Shown here piece after piece: positions 16,659-26,752 of a DNA stretch of 64,000 nucleotides. The position numbers were made by a program, and so were the translations under genes. The stretch's first letter is position 1; every line of letters begins with the position of its first letter. The DNA comes from a virus. The stretch spans positions 1 through 64,000 of the IMG/VR virus record IMGVR_UViG_3300042691_050360; one strand, given 5' to 3'. The notes below the pieces were generated by a model. The model saw only the letters and a list, made by a program, of their open reading frames with translations. It ran no database searches and had not been told where the DNA came from.

Positions 16659-17345
16659 CTATGCTTCATTTCCCTCTACATCTTCCACTACGAAACAGCT
16701 GGTGTATCTTGACCAAGATTTGTCTGTTCCTGATTCAAAAATTTCTTCTCTTGTGCCGTTAAGTAATGGTTTGAGTTCTTCTGTGATCCAGTTTTTAAAT
16801 TTCAATTTATCAAATTTAACAGGAATCCAGGCTAATTCGCCAGATAAATTGCCAAAATTTAGATCGAAATCGAATTTTTTGGGCTGGAATGCAATTAGGC
16901 CAAGACCCTCTATTTTCTTGGATTCTCCGCGTAGGGGTTTCTCAAGAGCGTATGCGTACGCCATAAGCTGTAGGAAGTAAATATGAGAAAGTTTTTCTGA
17001 GATATGTGTGGTTTTATAATCAACCACAAAATAATTACCATTCAATCTGTCAAGTAAACAATCTATTTTACCTTTGAAGCCCACTTTGAAATCACCCAGT
17101 TCAATTAATTGACTTTGGACGTAGATATCATCGTGCGTGATGTGCCCCTCGGGTGCACCAGTTACAATATCTGTACATGTGACTTTTTCAAAGGCATCTT
17201 TCATGCACGAGTCGATTGTATTAAATACTGAAGGGAAAGCTTGCTTAGGTCTTTGAATCTCCAAAACATACTTATCATAAAATCCTATTTTAGAGTCAGA
17301 CCAGAAATAGGAAAGATCAGAAGGCGAGAGCCATATTTCTTTCAT
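16659..17345 (-). CDS. PD-(D/E)xK RecB/Cas4-like nuclease
   Basis: LSPS, GKIDCL, VVDYKT, QLMAY motifs. Confidence 0.85.
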   Translation of the reverse strand: MKEIWLSPSDLSYFWSDSKIGFYDKYVLEIQRPKQAFPSVFNTIDSCMKDAFEKVTCTDIVTGAPEGHITHDDIYVQSQLIELGDFKVGFKGKIDCLLDRLNGNYFVVDYKTTHISEKLSHIYFLQLMAYAYALEKPLRGESKKIEGLGLIAFQPKKFDFDLNFGNLSGELAWIPVKFDKLKFKNWITEELKPLLNGTREEIFESGTDKSWSRYTSCFVVEDVEGNEA

Positions 17346-17899
17346 TATTTCTGTTTACGTTTACTTGTAGTAGTTTTTCTTCTTTTTGTTGTTTTTTTAA
17401 CATAGATTGTGTCTTCGTCATCTTCAGAATCTTCTTTAGAAGCAAATTTAGTGGCAAAGTTTTCTCTTGTTTCCTGCGGGTGTCTATATCTATAAATTTC
17501 TATTTTAGCACCTGGGTTTTCTTTATCGGGCATAGTAATCATATGGGTTCCATTATCAATCCAATGAATCAACTGGTCATTAGCAATCACCTCGTATTTT
17601 TCTAAAATATCGCCCAAACTTTGCATATACCCCACTTCGTCCCCCAATACCCAGCTGTTTAAAGTAATTGTTAATTTTATACCTACACCATAAGACATAG
17701 GCTTATGTCCAAGATTCTTCCACACGCTTTCAAACAACTCTTGGACATTTTTTTCATAATCTTCAAACCTTTTTGACGGTAAAATCTTAGTGAATCTTCC
17801 TCTTCTAACAATTCTTTGTGAAGTTTTCTTAGTTGCGGGTCTACCGGGGACAAAAAATTCTAAAATTTTCTCCCCGTCTTTGAGTTGAGATATGTCCAT
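17345..17899 (-). CDS. RusA-like Holliday junction resolvase
   Basis: FFVPGRPATKK N-terminus; D.....SLGDIL....IAND acidic motif. Confidence 0.75.
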   Translation of the reverse strand: MDISQLKDGEKILEFFVPGRPATKKTSQRIVRRGRFTKILPSKRFEDYEKNVQELFESVWKNLGHKPMSYGVGIKLTITLNSWVLGDEVGYMQSLGDILEKYEVIANDQLIHWIDNGTHMITMPDKENPGAKIEIYRYRHPQETRENFATKFASKEDSEDDEDTIYVKKTTKRRKTTTSKRKQK

Positions 17900-17915
17900 A
17901 TATTAATTGTACAGC

Positions 17916-18965
17916 TTAGGTTATATCAGAGTAGAATAGATCGTTTAATGCATATGGGCTGTCTCCTGGCCCATAAGATGTTCCGTACATAGAAAAGTCA
18001 AAAGTAGTTTTAGTTGTGTCTCCTGCGTTTAATTGCAAATCTTTCGACTTTACAATTAGCGGTGCTTGGTATTGCAATAAGACATTATTTCTTGGGCCCA
18101 CGGAGATTGTGTTTTCTGTGTAATAGTAATCAAATTGTCCTTCATTATAATTGTCAGTGAAAATTAATTGTTCAAATCCAACAATATCTACACTTTGCTT
18201 AAATGTGTATCCTTTGACCATAAACACAACCACATTCCCTAGATTAACAAAGAATTTATTATCAATATCAAATGTAATATCGAAGCTTGTTCCGCTCATG
18301 AATACCGGGCTATCTGTGATATAAAAAGGTGTAGTTGGGCCATTTTGAGTGGTTCTCGAAAAAGCCATATTAGTCCATATATCATAATTTCTCGCCACTC
18401 GGCCAATGTATTTAGTGATATCATAATATCCAGCGGGATCTTGTGAAGCGAAATTAGAAATTGAGAAACCCAGAATCGGCAATAAAATGTTAGAATGGAT
18501 AACCAATGTTTGCGTAACACCAGACTCGGCCACTTTAATGGTGTAGCTTTTAACAACAAGATTGTAATCAAGTGCTTGATCAGTGCTTTGGGCTGTTGGA
18601 TGTCCATGCAATTGCTGCCATTGCCAATTTACCAGCTGCAAACCTAAATAGTTCAGTGAGTTATATGGCAAGAATTGAGAGTTTAGCCCTGGCGGGGTGG
18701 ATTGGCCTCTGATTATTAGCGGTGCTTCGATTGTGTAAGTGTAGTATGGCGTAGTTACGTCTTGAACCACCACTCCTGGTTTTCCTTGGATCATCGGTTT
18801 AGCAGATGCTTGATTTTCAAACTTTATGTCAAATTTGCTTGCAATTATTCGAGCTGGCATTGAAACAGGAATTGATGCTGTGATACCCAAACTTTCAAAA
18901 ATTGATTGTATATTTATTTCAACTACATAAAAGTTTGAAATATATGAAATTGGCAGCAGGGGCAT
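17916..18965 (-). CDS. probable virion structural protein (tail/baseplate-like)
   Basis: Beta-strand-rich composition; ATG 18965 has AGG 34 nt upstream. Confidence 0.5.
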   Translation of the reverse strand: MPLLPISYISNFYVVEINIQSIFESLGITASIPVSMPARIIASKFDIKFENQASAKPMIQGKPGVVVQDVTTPYYTYTIEAPLIIRGQSTPPGLNSQFLPYNSLNYLGLQLVNWQWQQLHGHPTAQSTDQALDYNLVVKSYTIKVAESGVTQTLVIHSNILLPILGFSISNFASQDPAGYYDITKYIGRVARNYDIWTNMAFSRTTQNGPTTPFYITDSPVFMSGTSFDITFDIDNKFFVNLGNVVVFMVKGYTFKQSVDIVGFEQLIFTDNYNEGQFDYYYTENTISVGPRNNVLLQYQAPLIVKSKDLQLNAGDTTKTTFDFSMYGTSYGPGDSPYALNDLFYSDIT

Positions 18966-19020
18966 AGTTTTAATTTCTACTTTTAAACTTTGCAAACCTG
19001 ATTTCGTGTATAATTAAAGA

Positions 19021-19662
19021 ATGTTTGATCAAAAACAATACGTTAAAGAAAAAATCCTCACCAAGCTAGAACAATCTGAAGATTACGATGTTAAGCTCAG
19101 TGATTCAGTTTCCGAGCTGTTAGAGACAGTGAATGTAGGCTTGATGCCTAGTAGAGCAGAGGTGTTCGAAGATGCTGTGGTTGGATGGGTTAATTTCTGT
19201 AACATCGTAAAAGATATGATTTTGAACGGTCTGGAATTGACCAAAGAAAATTTCAAGAATAAGTTTCTCGAATCTTCCAACCCACGGGTGGAAAAGGCAA
19301 TTGAAAGAGGGCCAGAAGAAATTGACGAAACTCTACTAGATAAGGAAGATCCTGTAGAAAAGGCAAAACGATTGATTTCAATTGCTGAAGAATCTTATGA
19401 AGATAAGGTGATAGACGATTTTGATTTTGATCTTCTGACAGAAGAGGGTCTTCGAGCAGCGAAGCTTATTGATCAAAATGCTACCGCTATGGATGGAGAT
19501 TTTATTTACCCCGATTCTGACCGCGTTGTTAAATACATCAGAATCAATAAAGGTGATGAGATTGTCAGCCCTTATTCAGGCACAAAAGAAATCTACCAAA
19601 TCTCTTACAATAGATGGCTCGATATTGACACAGACCAAGAATTTTTGGTATTTTTTAACTAA
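19021..19662 (+). CDS. hypothetical protein
   Basis: 213-aa ORF; GTATAAT+6 nt before ATG. Confidence 0.75.
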   Translation: MFDQKQYVKEKILTKLEQSEDYDVKLSDSVSELLETVNVGLMPSRAEVFEDAVVGWVNFCNIVKDMILNGLELTKENFKNKFLESSNPRVEKAIERGPEEIDETLLDKEDPVEKAKRLISIAEESYEDKVIDDFDFDLLTEEGLRAAKLIDQNATAMDGDFIYPDSDRVVKYIRINKGDEIVSPYSGTKEIYQISYNRWLDIDTDQEFLVFFN

Positions 19663-19979
19663 TCACAATCTGAAGAAGGATCTTCTTCCTCATCGAGTGG
19701 AAGATCTTCTTCATCCAATGCTATAATGCTATACACAGGGTTTAATAGCGTTTTAATGCTTTCCACGGAATCAAAGATAATCTCCTGATTCATATCAAGT
19801 CTTCCGATTTGATTCTTAATATCTTTTAAATGTTCTGAAAACGATTTGAACATTTCACACAAAATCTCACCAAGATCTTGATTGTTTCCATTTCCATCAG
19901 CGAATTTCTTACTTAATTCCTCTAATCTTTTAGATGTCATAATTGTCGTCCTTTGTTTTTTCTTCGGCCTCTTCGCCAC
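19659..19979 (-). CDS. hypothetical protein with acidic tail
   Basis: ORF track; true start may be ATG 19940. Confidence 0.6.
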   Translation of the reverse strand: MAKRPKKKQRTTIMTSKRLEELSKKFADGNGNNQDLGEILCEMFKSFSEHLKDIKNQIGRLDMNQEIIFDSVESIKTLLNPVYSIIALDEEDLPLDEEEDPSSDCD

Positions 19980-20172
19980 CTGCTTCTTCTACGGTATCTT
20001 TCAAATCCAGAACATTACTATTAATTACATCTAGTTTTGTGTTGATTTGTTGATTTGGCGTAATTTTCTTTTTAGTGAGCATAAAATTATTAACCGCTAA
20101 TAGGGTTTTTTCAAGCTTATCTGCTTGTTTGTGCATTCCCAAATTATCTAGCCGGTTAATTTTTTCAAACAT
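19930..20172 (-). CDS. small protein with LDxxG..QAD helical motif
   Basis: MFEKINRLDNLGMHKQADKLE; ATG 20172 follows the upstream stop. Confidence 0.65.
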   Translation of the reverse strand: MFEKINRLDNLGMHKQADKLEKTLLAVNNFMLTKKKITPNQQINTKLDVINSNVLDLKDTVEEAGGEEAEEKTKDDNYDI

Positions 20173-20173
20173 A

Positions 20174-20353
20174 TTATCTTCTGAATCTAATTTCGGGGTA
20201 AACTTTGTCGGGTTTGGCCTCTTCTGTATACACAATCATAGCAATCAATTCGTTAATTTTCGTTAATGTTTCTGTGTTCTGGGGTTCCACGGTGCTTCTC
20301 AATTCGTATATTTTATCAAGAACTAGATCTCTATCTATTTTAGCCAACGCCAT
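20174..20353 (-). CDS. hypothetical 59-aa protein
   Basis: Read by hand (MALAKIDRDLVLDKIYEL...); AGGG 33 nt upstream with AGAAAT box; below track cutoff. Confidence 0.65.
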   Translation of the reverse strand: MALAKIDRDLVLDKIYELRSTVEPQNTETLTKINELIAMIVYTEEAKPDKVYPEIRFRR

Positions 20354-20371
20354 AGTTTAAATTTCTGCAAA

Positions 20372-20791
20372 ATGATCAATTTCCCTGTGAATGAAATAAT
20401 TAAATCAGATTCTGGTTGGACTTGTAACGTCTTTATTTTCGATCAAATAAACGCGAGCGGATTATTTGTAAGTTCTGAAAGCTATGACAACATGACTGTT
20501 GATCCTTTTGTAGATTATTGCTATAGATATTATCGGCGTACCAAAAAGATTGTGATATCTTCCTCTAAAGTAATTGATTTTAATTACTGTGCGTTACATT
20601 TCCAATACACACATTGGAAATGTTTAATATGTAGGAAATTAAGTCACATTTCCGAGCCAGATTGTTTTTGTCCGTCGTATAGTAAATGTTGGACTCCTGT
20701 AGATGGAATTATTTCGGGTGTTTTATTTTCTAATGAATTAGATTTCCCTTATCACTTCAGCGATAATAGTCTTTCAAACATAATTTTATGA
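20372..20791 (+). CDS. hypothetical Cys-containing protein
   Basis: ATGA overlap with the sbcC-N gene. Confidence 0.6.
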   Translation: MINFPVNEIIKSDSGWTCNVFIFDQINASGLFVSSESYDNMTVDPFVDYCYRYYRRTKKIVISSSKVIDFNYCALHFQYTHWKCLICRKLSHISEPDCFCPSYSKCWTPVDGIISGVLFSNELDFPYHFSDNSLSNIIL

Positions 20792-21912
20792 GCAGATATA
20801 TTAAGTCGATAACCTTAAAAAACTTCCAGAGTTATAAAGATCAAACTGTAAATTTCAAGCCAGGTTTGAATTTGCTTCTGGGAACATCAGATTCTGGCAA
20901 ATCTGCTATTTTGAGGGCAATGTCTTTCGTTCTTTACAATTACCCGAAGAAAGACAGTTTAATTCATTGGGGTGAGACCGAAACCAGTGTTACTATTGAA
21001 TTCAGCGATGGTGTGAAAGTCACGCGGATTAAAGGGGAGGGCAGAAATGCAATTGTTGCTATTGATGCGAATGGGAATAAAATTGAAAAAGAAAAGATTG
21101 ATAAAGATATTCCCGATGACATTAAATTACTTCTAGGGAACCCTCCGCAGGATGAATTCAATGGCTTGATTTCTTATGCTGATCAATTTTCACCAATGTT
21201 CCTGGTGGACTTATCACCCACAGATTTACCCCGCTCTCTTTCAGGTTTAACAGGAATTGAGATGCTTGAAGAGTCGGCAAAGCAATTAATGCAAAATTAC
21301 AAAGCCCTTGAGAAGCAAAACAAAACTGATGAAAAGGAATATTCAGCTCTCATTGCTGAGGCTCAAACTTATAGCTTTGTGGATTTTTATGAGAATAAGC
21401 TGAAAGATCTTGATAAGGATATTCAAGCAATTTCAGAACTCGAAAGTAAAATATCATTGATGGAAAGCTTTGTTAAAGATTGTGACTTTAATATAAACTT
21501 CAATTGCATTGATGACTTGGATTATTTAATTGAATTGATATCTGATAGCATTGAAGCCGCGAAACAAACTCAGCTTTTGATTGACAAATACGAAAAATTG
21601 AAAGTTTTTAATCTTCTTAATCATGGAGAATGTTCAGAAGATCAATTGAACGATTTAGAAGTTATCATTCAGAAGATAGAACAAAAACTATTAAACATAT
21701 CCGAACATCATGTTGAAGTTGAGAACTTTAAGAAGCTTGAGCAAGTAAATGCTGATGTCATTGCGATTAATCAAAATGGAAAAATTTTGACTAATGATTT
21801 TAATACTATGAAAACACAGCTAGATGAAGCGGAAAATGATTATAATTCATTTAAGGAGTTCTTAATTAAAGAGAAAATTCAATGCGAAGCTTGCGGGAGT
21901 GTACTTCGTTGA
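20788..21912 (+). CDS. SbcC/Rad50 ATPase, N-terminal half ending in the zinc hook
   Basis: LKNFQSY, Walker A GTSDSGKS, Q-loop, coiled coil, terminal CEAC. Confidence 0.9.
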   Translation: MSRYIKSITLKNFQSYKDQTVNFKPGLNLLLGTSDSGKSAILRAMSFVLYNYPKKDSLIHWGETETSVTIEFSDGVKVTRIKGEGRNAIVAIDANGNKIEKEKIDKDIPDDIKLLLGNPPQDEFNGLISYADQFSPMFLVDLSPTDLPRSLSGLTGIEMLEESAKQLMQNYKALEKQNKTDEKEYSALIAEAQTYSFVDFYENKLKDLDKDIQAISELESKISLMESFVKDCDFNINFNCIDDLDYLIELISDSIEAAKQTQLLIDKYEKLKVFNLLNHGECSEDQLNDLEVIIQKIEQKLLNISEHHVEVENFKKLEQVNADVIAINQNGKILTNDFNTMKTQLDEAENDYNSFKEFLIKEKIQCEACGSVLR

Positions 21913-22865
21913 AAAAAAGAATTCTCGTAGTTGGGGACAACCATTTGGATTCTAAAACCCCAGCATCTCGTCTGGATAATTACATGGAATCTGGGCTTAT
22001 GGAGCTCAAAGAGACGCTTAGAATTGCTAAAGCCACCAAGTGCGATGATTATGTTCTTCTTGGTGATTTATTTAATAGAATTGATGTGGGCGGTGAATGC
22101 AGGAACAGAGCTATTGAAATTTTGGCTTCAGATGATGGGGAACCTTGGCCGTTTGAAAAACATTTAACTATCGGCAATCATGATATAGCACACGATCCAG
22201 ATAAAATGGAAAAATCTGCGGCACAATCTTTGGTTTCCGCTGGCATTCTGAAGTGTGCAGATACCATCCCAGGAATGATGCGTTTTATGCATTTCACCCC
22301 TTATCTGGATCAGTCCCTAAGAGATGGCATACTCAAGGAGTATGATGAAAAGATTATCTTCCTTCATGCGTCTATCACTGAAAAGCCATTGATGTTCGAT
22401 CATGTTTTGTTTAGTGAGCTGGAAGTAAACCCAAGAACAAAACTTCTCTTCTCTGGTCATATCCATAGAAGAATGCAAGCTGAAAAGCCCGGTGTGAAGT
22501 TTTTCAATCCGGGGTCATTGGGCCGTCCAGAGATTTCATCAGATTATGAAAAGAATAAAGTAAGTGTTCTCTTAGTTGAATATGATTTTGACACAGACGA
22601 ATATAAGACAAAATTAATTGAGCTAAAAAGCTCTCTGCCTTATGATGTGGTTTTCGATATTGATGCCAATAAGAAGCGGAAAATTGAAAACAAAAACACT
22701 GAACTATTCATTAATGCTGTAACTGGAGTTTCAGTAGACAGTGGCATAACATCGAGTATCACAGAAGATTTGCTCGCTTTTGCGAAGAAGGCGAATATTT
22801 CAGAAAAAGTTTCAGATATGGCAATACAGACAATAAACATCATTAAATCAGGAGGACAGATATGA
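21909..22865 (+). CDS. SbcD/Mre11 nuclease
   Basis: GDNH, GDLF, GNHD, GHIH, NPGS; TTG 21909 likely start. Confidence 0.9.
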   Translation: MKKRILVVGDNHLDSKTPASRLDNYMESGLMELKETLRIAKATKCDDYVLLGDLFNRIDVGGECRNRAIEILASDDGEPWPFEKHLTIGNHDIAHDPDKMEKSAAQSLVSAGILKCADTIPGMMRFMHFTPYLDQSLRDGILKEYDEKIIFLHASITEKPLMFDHVLFSELEVNPRTKLLFSGHIHRRMQAEKPGVKFFNPGSLGRPEISSDYEKNKVSVLLVEYDFDTDEYKTKLIELKSSLPYDVVFDIDANKKRKIENKNTELFINAVTGVSVDSGITSSITEDLLAFAKKANISEKVSDMAIQTINIIKSGGQI

Positions 22866-23125
22866 ATTACGCAGATCAATTAAAACAAAAAGAATCAAAG
22901 CTTTTCGATTTGAGGGCAAAGGCTATGGCAAAGAAGCAATCCATCACGGAGATGCTAGAGAAGAGGCAGAAAGCCGAAACCGAGGTGCAAAACAGCCTTG
23001 GAATTTCTCTATCAGAAGTTCCTGCGGCTCTAGCTGAATGCAAAGATCAATTGAGTAAATTATGTAATAAACTCAGCGAGGAGGTTGAAGAAATTGAACT
23101 TGAATTCGCAAAAATTAAATGCTAA
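22862..23125 (+). CDS. small coiled-coil protein in the Sbc cluster
   Basis: Heptad-like 87 aa; SD GGAGG. Confidence 0.75.
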   Translation: MNYADQLKQKESKLFDLRAKAMAKKQSITEMLEKRQKAETEVQNSLGISLSEVPAALAECKDQLSKLCNKLSEEVEEIELEFAKIKC

Positions 23126-23756
23126 GATAAACAATCTGTCACTCAGAGTGGCTACAGCAAAGGGTATAAAAGAGAGAATAAATGTTCAAAGTTCAACATT
23201 GAGAGAAAAGATCGATAGCAACGAAGAGGATGTCAAAATCAAGAAAGAAGCACATCTGCTTCTACTTGGGTTTATTTCTCAGCGGAGAGATGCCGCGATA
23301 AAATCAATTGAGAGCATGGGAACTTATGCTTTGCGGGCAATTTACAATGATGACAGGAAGCTGGTGTTCCTCAAGAATGAAGAGAAGAAAAATAGTTCTG
23401 CCTTTAAGATGGAAGTGGGGATTGAATCAACATTGAATGATGAAAGGATGATCACTGGTCTTAAAGACGAAAGAGGCGGCGGAGTTCTTGAAACTGCTTC
23501 ATTTGCATTAAGAATTGCTGCCCTGGAGTGGCTGGGATACAAAGGCCCTTTGATCCTTGACGAGGCTTACAAATCTGTGTCTTCTGATTCTAAGATCGTT
23601 AATGTGGCTGAGTTTCTTCGTAAATATGTTGACACTTCAGAAAGGCAGGTTTTTTTTGCAACTCACAAAGCGGATGTTTTTGAGGATTACGCGGACAATG
23701 TAATAGTTGTTCGCCAGCATCATGGCGTTTCTAAGGCTGAGGCAAAAGATGGATAA
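23085..23756 (+). CDS. SbcC/Rad50 ATPase, C-terminal half
   Basis: Coiled coil, signature-like RGGG, Walker B LILDEA, H-loop ATHK. Confidence 0.85.
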   Translation: MKKLNLNSQKLNAKINNLSLRVATAKGIKERINVQSSTLREKIDSNEEDVKIKKEAHLLLLGFISQRRDAAIKSIESMGTYALRAIYNDDRKLVFLKNEEKKNSSAFKMEVGIESTLNDERMITGLKDERGGGVLETASFALRIAALEWLGYKGPLILDEAYKSVSSDSKIVNVAEFLRKYVDTSERQVFFATHKADVFEDYADNVIVVRQHHGVSKAEAKDG

Positions 23757-24432
23757 GCATTTTGAGAAATCTCTAGTCGCTTTGCTGAATAATTGGCACG
23801 AAAATCTTTCGCAATCAGATGATCACGAAATAGTAACTTATGAATTTGCTAAAAATAAATTCAGGAACAAATATCTGGCGAAAACTGGAGAGTTCTTAAA
23901 GATCACCAAACGGTTGGAGACGAATCAGTTTAATAAAATATGCATTGGTCTTGCGAAAAATTATGAAGTGGATGAGAAGCTTATAGATGAGTACCTAGAA
24001 TGGTGTTTTGAAAATTATGATTTTTTCATTAAAAAATACAAATCATTCGGCTTAATACCTTGTGCTAATTTTGCAAGTGAATGGACTAAAGACTTCTTGA
24101 AATTTAATTTCAGTAGTAAGGTCACACTACACGATCTGGAAGAAATTGAAGTGCATAAAAGCGTTTTGTCTTATCTTGAACAATACGGCGTTCCGCTTGT
24201 GTCTACTAAGTTACAGAAAGAGAAAAACCTAAATGGTGCTTCATTGTGTAACTTAATAATAAGCAAGCTTCAAGATCTTACGAAATCCAAAGAGGGATTA
24301 TCGAAATTAAAAAATATTCTGCGTGTCACAGTAGAGAATGCCCCCTACTCTCCTGGAATATTATTTAGTAATTACAAAAAAAGTCTCGCTGATTTATTCA
24401 TTTATTTTGGTGATGAGCCTTGGTGCAAATAA
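23749..24432 (+). CDS. hypothetical protein
   Basis: Coupled ORF in replication operon. Confidence 0.7.
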   Translation: MDKHFEKSLVALLNNWHENLSQSDDHEIVTYEFAKNKFRNKYLAKTGEFLKITKRLETNQFNKICIGLAKNYEVDEKLIDEYLEWCFENYDFFIKKYKSFGLIPCANFASEWTKDFLKFNFSSKVTLHDLEEIEVHKSVLSYLEQYGVPLVSTKLQKEKNLNGASLCNLIISKLQDLTKSKEGLSKLKNILRVTVENAPYSPGILFSNYKKSLADLFIYFGDEPWCK

Positions 24433-26039
24433 TGCTTAAGTCTGAAGAATATATAAAAGAATTAGAAAATCAAATTAAATCAAATCGCTCTTTGATTTAT
24501 ATCACCACGCATGAAGAGCACAGAATCAAAGAAGCTGTGCAGGCAATAGCCTGCAAGCGTTCTAAACCATGGTCTTTTGTTTTCTGGGATATTGCATCTG
24601 GCGGTATGTCAAATTCTGAAGATTTTAAATTGGAAAAAGATTTAGATCAGCATGGAATTTTAGATTGGTTCAATGATCTTATTGTTGAGAAAGATGATTT
24701 TTGCATTTTAGTTCTGCATGATTTTTATAAATTTTTAGCACCTGATGGACATCCAGGTCAGACAGAAATAACTACAATCAGGTCTTTGAAGAATTTAATT
24801 GAGAAATGCAATGTAGAGCGAAAATGCATCATTTTGACCGGGGCAAAATATTTTATGCCACTTGAATTTGAGAAGCTCGCTTGTTTAATAGACTGGCCCC
24901 TCCCAGAGAAGGAGCTGATTAGAGAAAAGGTTCGTAGCTTAATAGGGAAGACGAAGAACAAAACCGATCTTTCCAAGAACTTCCGCACGGATTACGAAGA
25001 CTCTGAATTAGAGAATATCACCAGGGCTTTTCAGGGCCTCTCATTGAGAGAAATTGAGATGATATGTACTTATTTCATCTTAACAGAAAAGGAATTTAGC
25101 CCGCAAAAAATCGCTTCTAAGAAACAAGACATCATTAAACAATCTGGAATTCTAGAATGGATCGATTTAGAATTCGATTTAAACAAAGTGGGTGGATTAG
25201 ATAATCTAAAAAACTGGCTAAACAAAAGAAAGGGTGCCTTCTCAGAGAATGCACAAAATTATGGATTGCCAGCAAACCCTAAGGGGCTTTTAATTATTGG
25301 AATCCAGGGTGCTGGTAAAACTAGAATCTCAAAGGCTATAGCTTCTTTCTGGTCACTGCCTTTGCTCCGGCTTGACATTGGAAGAGTTTTTTCTGGAATC
25401 GTGGGTAGTTCTGAAGAAAACCTACGATCTGTAATTAAAACTGCTGAATCGGTAGCACCTTGCATCATGTGGTGCGATGAAATTGATAAAGCTTTTTCCG
25501 GCGTGAGCGGAGCCACAGACTCAGGTACATCATCTAGAATTTTTGGAACATTCCTTACCTGGATGCAAGAGAAAAAATCGGCAGTTTTCGTTGTCGCCAC
25601 AGCAAATGTTGTCGCCAACTTGCCTCCGGAACTTATCAGGAAAGGTAGGTTCGATGACATCTTCTTCGTTGATTTACCCGATGATGAAGAAAGAAAACAG
25701 ATCTGGACTATTCACCTTGAGCAAAGAAGTTTTGAGACCAAAAATTTTGATTTAGAAAGGCTTGTAATTGAGTCAAATGGGTTTACTGGTGCGGAGATTG
25801 AAGCGGCGATAGTTTCTGCAATGTATGAGGGGTTTTCGGACAACGAGAGGCCCATTTCAACCGTAGATATTATTAAGGAATTAAAAGAATCGGTTCCGAT
25901 TTACGTTACAATGAAAGAAAAAATTGAAGAATTACGAGGCTGGGCTAGTAAACGAGCAAGAAATGCTTCTAAGGCTAAAAACATTGTCATTATGAATGAT
26001 GTACCAGCATCTGCACCTGGTGGTGATGAAGAATTATGA
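24432..26039 (+). CDS. AAA+ ATPase, Ycf46-like
   Basis: Degenerate N-terminal AAA; VGGLDNLKNWL, GIQGAGKT, DEIDK, PPELIRKGRFD. Confidence 0.9.
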   Translation: MLKSEEYIKELENQIKSNRSLIYITTHEEHRIKEAVQAIACKRSKPWSFVFWDIASGGMSNSEDFKLEKDLDQHGILDWFNDLIVEKDDFCILVLHDFYKFLAPDGHPGQTEITTIRSLKNLIEKCNVERKCIILTGAKYFMPLEFEKLACLIDWPLPEKELIREKVRSLIGKTKNKTDLSKNFRTDYEDSELENITRAFQGLSLREIEMICTYFILTEKEFSPQKIASKKQDIIKQSGILEWIDLEFDLNKVGGLDNLKNWLNKRKGAFSENAQNYGLPANPKGLLIIGIQGAGKTRISKAIASFWSLPLLRLDIGRVFSGIVGSSEENLRSVIKTAESVAPCIMWCDEIDKAFSGVSGATDSGTSSRIFGTFLTWMQEKKSAVFVVATANVVANLPPELIRKGRFDDIFFVDLPDDEERKQIWTIHLEQRSFETKNFDLERLVIESNGFTGAEIEAAIVSAMYEGFSDNERPISTVDIIKELKESVPIYVTMKEKIEELRGWASKRARNASKAKNIVIMNDVPASAPGGDEEL

Positions 26040-26752
26040 TCTCGACACACATGTTTAACCAACCTGAGCTGATCGAGCTCGATCTGAAGAAAAAGCTCGC
26101 AAATTTATATTCTTCCGCAGGCATACCTGTGAATTATCACTTTAAGACATTAGAAACAGATTGGTCTAGAAGTTATTCCCCCAGCGGCACGTTAACCGGA
26201 ACTGCAAAGAAGAGGTCTGAAGATATTTTTAACTTTATCAAAGGCTATATTACTGCACTAGATAGCATTGCCGCAGGCGATGGATTGAAAGTAAAATTCA
26301 AGACATCCATCAAGATGATTACTGATATTATTTTGGATGGCAGTAAATCATCTGGAAAAACTATGTTGATGTCTTTAATAGCACAAGAGTCAATTAATCG
26401 CGGGTATTCTGTGAAATATGTTGAATGGGCTGAATACTGTGACAGGTTTATATCCTTTGATTCACGAGGGATAAACGAAGACTTTTTCTCAGATTGTCTT
26501 AATTGTGATTTTTTGTTTTTTGACAATTTATATCAATATGATATTTCCAACAACAAATTCTTCGTTGTGCAGTTAGATCGTTTAATTTCTTCTAGAATCA
26601 ACAAAGGAAAAGTTACAATCTGTTCCATTGATACAATTAATAATCAAAACCCAGCTTTTGGATTCATTTGGAATAAATTCTCGCGGGAAACTTTTACCTT
26701 TAAACTACCGGAGGCCAATTTAAAAATTGAAAATAAGTCAAAGAGATCTTGA
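26036..26752 (+). CDS. DnaC/IstB-like helicase loader
   Basis: AGIP, GSKSSGKT, LFFDNL; immediately upstream of DnaB. Confidence 0.75.
   Translation: MISTHMFNQPELIELDLKKKLANLYSSAGIPVNYHFKTLETDWSRSYSPSGTLTGTAKKRSEDIFNFIKGYITALDSIAAGDGLKVKFKTSIKMITDIILDGSKSSGKTMLMSLIAQESINRGYSVKYVEWAEYCDRFISFDSRGINEDFFSDCLNCDFLFFDNLYQYDISNNKFFVVQLDRLISSRINKGKVTICSIDTINNQNPAFGFIWNKFSRETFTFKLPEANLKIENKSKRS

Noticed and set aside
16659-17345. Cas4-like nuclease as sign of a CRISPR system
   Set aside because: No repeat-spacer array or other cas genes seen; lacks the Fe-S cysteines; solo RecB-family nucleases are common in phages
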